From positions 266,209-330,208 of the IMG/VR virus record IMGVR_UViG_3300029983_000007: 64,000 nucleotides of DNA; one strand, given 5' to 3'. Position numbers and translations under genes: made by a program. Under the pieces are notes generated by a model, which worked only from the letters and a program-made list of their open reading frames with translations, did not search any database and was not told where the DNA came from. Shown here one piece after another: positions 60,117-64,000 of this stretch; positions within the stretch are counted from its first letter, which is position 1; each line of letters begins with the position of its first letter.

Positions 60117-61223
60117 TTATTTTAGCCAATAATTAGTTTTATTTGTTCCTTTTACATTCATCATTTGTAAGAATTCTTTTGGAAATTCTGTACCCCATGC
60201 AAATCCAACATCACAATGAGTATCTTCAGAAAAATCTGTTATTATATTTGATGTAGAAAAAATTAGAGGATCTTCCCTTCTTGCTAATGCTTGCTGAACT
60301 TCAAGCTTCAATGTTTTAATTTGTTCTGCTTGCTGTATAGCCATTTGCTGTTGACGAATTTGTTCTTTTGATATTTTTTCAAGTTCAGATTGTATTCTAC
60401 CAATATTTTGTTCGATTCCTTTTACTTGTTCTTTGAGTATCTTTGTTGAATTTTCAAGTGCATCTACTCTATTACCAAGATTTACCATTGTTTCATACAT
60501 ACTTCTAAATAATGGTAAATTCATACCAACATTCATACTAACCATTGATAATGAATTTGGAAAATATACATCGTAATATTTTTGACTCTTTACGTGTTTT
60601 TCAAAATCATAAAAACCAATAGGACATAATATATAAAAGTTTCTTTCTGAGTTAGCATTTTTGTAGTTATTAATAGCAGACTCAATATCTTTTGATGCCC
60701 TTTTTGGGTCACAAGTCAGAATGGAATTTTTTGCTAATTCTAATGGAATAATCATAAATCCAAAAGTCTCTGCAATTTGAACAATAGAACTAAGATTCGA
60801 ATTTAATCTTGAGTTAAGGTACTGATTGTAATTTTTGTCTATTTGAATTTCAACTTGATCATATCTGTCGCCTGAAGAAGTTCTTTCTTTTTTTATCAAG
60901 TTGTATTTTATTAAGTTTTCAGGAATCTTAACATTATATGATTTCAAACTGCCTAATATATTATTATATTCAGTAACTTTTTCGTTGATTGAATATCCTA
61001 ACTGTTTAAAAATTTCCCTTTTAGTAGAAAAATTAGTTTTGGTTTCATCATAATAGGAATTAGATCTAATAATATTGGCTTTTTCTAACACTTTTAATGT
61101 TAACATAAATTCTTTTAAATCAGAGTCTATTAATTTTAGCTTATCAATTAATAATTGACTCTTTTCAGTGCTTTTTGCTGCACCTGATACATTTTTTGTT
61201 GGAGTGACATTTAATAAATTCAT
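60117..61223 (-). CDS. Coiled-coil-containing hypothetical protein, 368 aa
   Basis: Gln/Glu-rich heptads in C-terminal third. Confidence 0.75.
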   Translation of the reverse strand: MNLLNVTPTKNVSGAAKSTEKSQLLIDKLKLIDSDLKEFMLTLKVLEKANIIRSNSYYDETKTNFSTKREIFKQLGYSINEKVTEYNNILGSLKSYNVKIPENLIKYNLIKKERTSSGDRYDQVEIQIDKNYNQYLNSRLNSNLSSIVQIAETFGFMIIPLELAKNSILTCDPKRASKDIESAINNYKNANSERNFYILCPIGFYDFEKHVKSQKYYDVYFPNSLSMVSMNVGMNLPLFRSMYETMVNLGNRVDALENSTKILKEQVKGIEQNIGRIQSELEKISKEQIRQQQMAIQQAEQIKTLKLEVQQALARREDPLIFSTSNIITDFSEDTHCDVGFAWGTEFPKEFLQMMNVKGTNKTNYWLK

Positions 61224-61313
61224 AATAATAATTTTTAATTACACAAAAATTGAAATAATTTTTAATTTCAAACACAAAGATAATAAAAAAAATCAATTAC
61301 ACAAATTAATTGT

Positions 61314-61754
61314 TCATATATTATTCAATTTATTTAGTTTTTTCTTTCTTAAATATAAATTATAATTACCATTATGATTTAACATATTAATATAATCTTT
61401 TAATGTCAATTCAGATAACTCAGAAATATATTTATTTAGTTTTACTTTATAATCTCTAAGACTAACTAAAAAATCTTTATCAAAAAAATAAAACATCAAT
61501 AATATTAAATCAAAAAAATCAGAAATTTCTTCATTTTTTATTCGTAGTAAGTCATCTTTTAATTTTAATGACAAATCATATAAAGAAATAAATTTATAAT
61601 CATTTTTTTGATATTCAATTATAGTATTTAATAATTGATAAAAAATACGGGAATATCTTTCATCAATAGCCTGAATATCTACTAAAAAAAGAAATCTATT
61701 ACGATATAACATATCATTATATTTCTTAGTATCAAGTTTTTTGATTTCAATCAT
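61314..61754 (-). CDS. RKxKL-tail protein
   Basis: Ends LRKKKLNKLNNI. Confidence 0.7.
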   Translation of the reverse strand: MIEIKKLDTKKYNDMLYRNRFLFLVDIQAIDERYSRIFYQLLNTIIEYQKNDYKFISLYDLSLKLKDDLLRIKNEEISDFFDLILLMFYFFDKDFLVSLRDYKVKLNKYISELSELTLKDYINMLNHNGNYNLYLRKKKLNKLNNI

Positions 61755-61962
61755 TAATTTTTTTTGATAATTGTATTAACTTCTCTTTTCTAATTTCTAT
61801 CTTCGCTTTTGAATAATATTCTAAATAGTTATCGTGTTCTAACAGGAAATCAAAAAATGTATGATTTACACCACGATAAGGTGTATCTTCATCTTGACCA
61901 CAATATAAATCATATGCTTTATGATCTAATTCAGTAATAATATAATCATTATAATTAATCAT
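61747..61962 (-). CDS. RKxKL-tail small protein
   Basis: Ends IRKEKLIQLS. Confidence 0.7.
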   Translation of the reverse strand: MINYNDYIITELDHKAYDLYCGQDEDTPYRGVNHTFFDFLLEHDNYLEYYSKAKIEIRKEKLIQLSKKIND

Positions 61963-62272
61963 TTGATTCTGTTATTTTATTTAACTTATCTATTCTTAAT
62001 TTAGTTTTTAAATTAAATGCAACAGCATGAGCATACTTTGAGTGACAATCATCTATTGATTTCATAATATAAATATATTCATCATAATCTTCTTCATTGG
62101 TTATTTCAAATTCTTCATTTAGTTTAATTTTTTCAAAATAACGTAATTCTGATTCAAAATAATTTATTTCTGATAGTATATTTTTTTCATTTATCATAAT
62201 TTTATATTTTACCTTGAACAAAAAACTCAAGTATAAATACAAGTTTAGACTCAAATTCTTTATCTTCTTCAA
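61955..62272 (-). CDS. RKxKL-like tail small protein
   Basis: Ends LRIDKLNKI; real start likely internal. Confidence 0.6.
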   Translation of the reverse strand: MKKIKNLSLNLYLYLSFLFKVKYKIMINEKNILSEINYFESELRYFEKIKLNEEFEITNEEDYDEYIYIMKSIDDCHSKYAHAVAFNLKTKLRIDKLNKITESND

Positions 62273-62450
62273 TCTCTTTCAACATTTTATAATAATATGA
62301 TGTGTCTAATGTATTATCATCAGGCTCACCACTTCTTAAAAACATCTGATAATGTTCATTAACATAGTTGTCAATATTTCCATATTTATTTATCTCAACT
62401 ATAGATTCTTTTATCTTATTGATAATTTCTTTTGATTCGCTATATCTCAT
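62202..62450 (-). CDS. Hypothetical protein
   Basis: 82-aa ORF. Confidence 0.6.
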   Translation of the reverse strand: MRYSESKEIINKIKESIVEINKYGNIDNYVNEHYQMFLRSGEPDDNTLDTSYYYKMLKEIEEDKEFESKLVFILEFFVQGKI

Positions 62451-62488
62451 TTTTGTAACTTTTTTATTTTTTTATCATATAATATAAC

Positions 62489-62977
62489 ATGGAAATATTA
62501 GATATTAAATTTAGAATGGAAGGCTTAGAAAAAAAACTATCGAATTTATATCCATATGAATTCGAGATTGATGGCGTATCTGTGGCTTCATATGAAGGCT
62601 TTATACAGTCATTAAGAACTCCAGACATACAAATTAAAGAGAGTATATGGAAACTATCAGGGTTTGAAGCATGGTCAGCTGGTCAATGTTTAGATTGGAT
62701 AGATACTCAAGAATTATATTGGATATCTACACCAATCAATAGACAATCTGAAGAATATGATGAACTAATAAAACGATCATATGATTGTTTATTTGAACAA
62801 AATGAATCTTTCAGAAACAGTTTAAAAGAATCAATACCTTATAAATTAGATCACACTATTGGTAAATCTGGCAAAACTAACACATTAATGACAAAAAGTG
62901 AATTCTTAATCCAATTAAATAGATTAAGATCCAAATTGACAGAAAAGAAGTTTTTTAATTTACTTGACTTGTTCTGA
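62489..62977 (+). CDS. Phage NADAR-family (T4 gp30.3-like) ADP-ribosyl hydrolase-like protein
   Basis: LSNLYPYEFEIDGVSVASYEGFIQSL, LYW, LDHTIGK motifs. Confidence 0.75.
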   Translation: MEILDIKFRMEGLEKKLSNLYPYEFEIDGVSVASYEGFIQSLRTPDIQIKESIWKLSGFEAWSAGQCLDWIDTQELYWISTPINRQSEEYDELIKRSYDCLFEQNESFRNSLKESIPYKLDHTIGKSGKTNTLMTKSEFLIQLNRLRSKLTEKKFFNLLDLF

Positions 62978-63304
62978 TTTATAATAATTTCTAAATCTCA
63001 TCAATGTTTCACAAACCCAAGATTCAACTTCTTTTGCTTTCCATCCATGTTTAAGCTGAAGTATTGCTAATTTAAGTACTCCTCTTTCATATCTGGTTGA
63101 TGCACCTCCTTTGTACATATAGATAAGACTTGCTACTTTCTCTGCTTCTGATACGTTTGTGCCATCACGTACAATAACTTTTCTACAGTTAACTGACTTA
63201 TTTGTATCTGCTTCGGCTTTAACATTACTTGAATGTCTATCTCTTAAAATTTCACAAGAAATAACCTTTAAATTCTTATCATAATAAACTGCTGTGTAAT
63301 CCAT
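62960..63304 (-). CDS. Hypothetical protein
   Basis: 114-aa ORF. Confidence 0.65.
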   Translation of the reverse strand: MDYTAVYYDKNLKVISCEILRDRHSSNVKAEADTNKSVNCRKVIVRDGTNVSEAEKVASLIYMYKGGASTRYERGVLKLAILQLKHGWKAKEVESWVCETLMRFRNYYKSEQVK

Positions 63305-63433
63305 GTTTTTTTGTTTAATTATTTAAATTTTGGTGGCTTTGGTATATTATATCCACCTTTATCTAGAAATGTGCTAATTGCCATATATATGAATAATATG
63401 GTAAATGGAACACAAATACATAATACTAATATA

Positions 63434-63736
63434 TCATCCATGATTTAATTGTTTATAGTTTTTATTCATTAATTTATAATAAGTTAAATATCCAATGAGC
63501 CAATATAGACTTAAATCATGACTATCAATATACACATCATGTTCTAAATTTTCTTTATCATTATCAATAATTCTATAAAAAGGATTATCTACATCATTAA
63601 CTATAATAACATCACATTTGTCATTACTATAATTATAATCATCAATTTTATTGAAGTCATTCTCTTCTAAAAAATCTGTAATTGGTCTGTAAATCATTTC
63701 TTTAGTTAATACCATATTATCGTATTGTATCACCAA
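63434..63736 (-). CDS. Hypothetical protein
   Basis: 100-aa ORF. Confidence 0.6.
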   Translation of the reverse strand: MVIQYDNMVLTKEMIYRPITDFLEENDFNKIDDYNYSNDKCDVIIVNDVDNPFYRIIDNDKENLEHDVYIDSHDLSLYWLIGYLTYYKLMNKNYKQLNHG

Positions 63737-64000
63737 CGTTATGAGTTTTTCCTATAATATTAGCCAAATTTGAATCATATTTATAATACTTAATTGTTTT
63801 TTCTGAATCTTTAACTACGATTGAATATGATGTATCAGGTACACTACCGCTCTTATCTATTGATAAATGAATTGTTTTATAACAACTGGTGGTTTTAACT
63901 TATTTAATGAATAATCAGCATACATATCATAATTATCAAACACTTTACCATCATAATTTATTTTTTCATTACAACTAAATAATAAAACACACAATCCACA

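Noticed and set aside
3252-61365. Short ORFs antisense to longer genes (e.g. 3252, 3567, 6546, 7340, 22343, 28468, 31712, 35434, 45181, 54443, 56237)
   Set aside because: Shadow ORFs fully overlapping better-supported genes or tRNAs, with atypical composition.
1-64000. Alternative genetic code (TAG or TGA reassigned)
   Set aside because: Recognisable enzymes are full length in code 11, and TGA is used systematically in ATGA overlaps.

Overview
Very AT-rich, densely coded window, most likely from a large (jumbo-type) lytic phage of a Bacteroidota host. Host evidence: many TTTG-N20-TAnnTTTG promoters and a Bacteroidota-like CCA-enzyme HD half. No capsid, terminase or polymerase genes fall in the window. 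Accessory genes form two classes. (1) About 37 small, translationally coupled ORFs start with an MKYIKKFE-like peptide and end in K-F/Y-N-L/I. They lie in five clusters, mostly behind a TAATATATA motif, and carry diverse cargo (SH3/KOW-like, ankyrin, LRR). The N-terminus resembles the T4 capsid-targeting sequence. (2) Mostly minus-strand small genes behind host-type promoters, many ending in R-K-x-K-L-x-x-L/I. A 3.8-kb non-coding island (14295-18131) holds a ~1-kb ornate ncRNA candidate (ROOL/GOLLD-like) and a mini-copy of its 3' end. It also holds eight copies of a ~66-nt RNA motif whose three-way junction and H-type pseudoknot are supported by compensatory changes, stacked host-type promoters with a palindromic operator, and a tRNA(Sec)-like element. 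Recognisable enzymes: bacterial PARG, NADAR, NadD, ART-like protein, PPK2-HAD fusion, PNKP, split CCA-adding enzyme, RlmN-like radical SAM, epimerase, MgtC, PspC, metallophosphoesterase and a solo rearranged-RuvC TnpB. Three further tRNA-like genes have aberrant anticodon arms. All functional calls come from motif recognition by eye; no database search was run.
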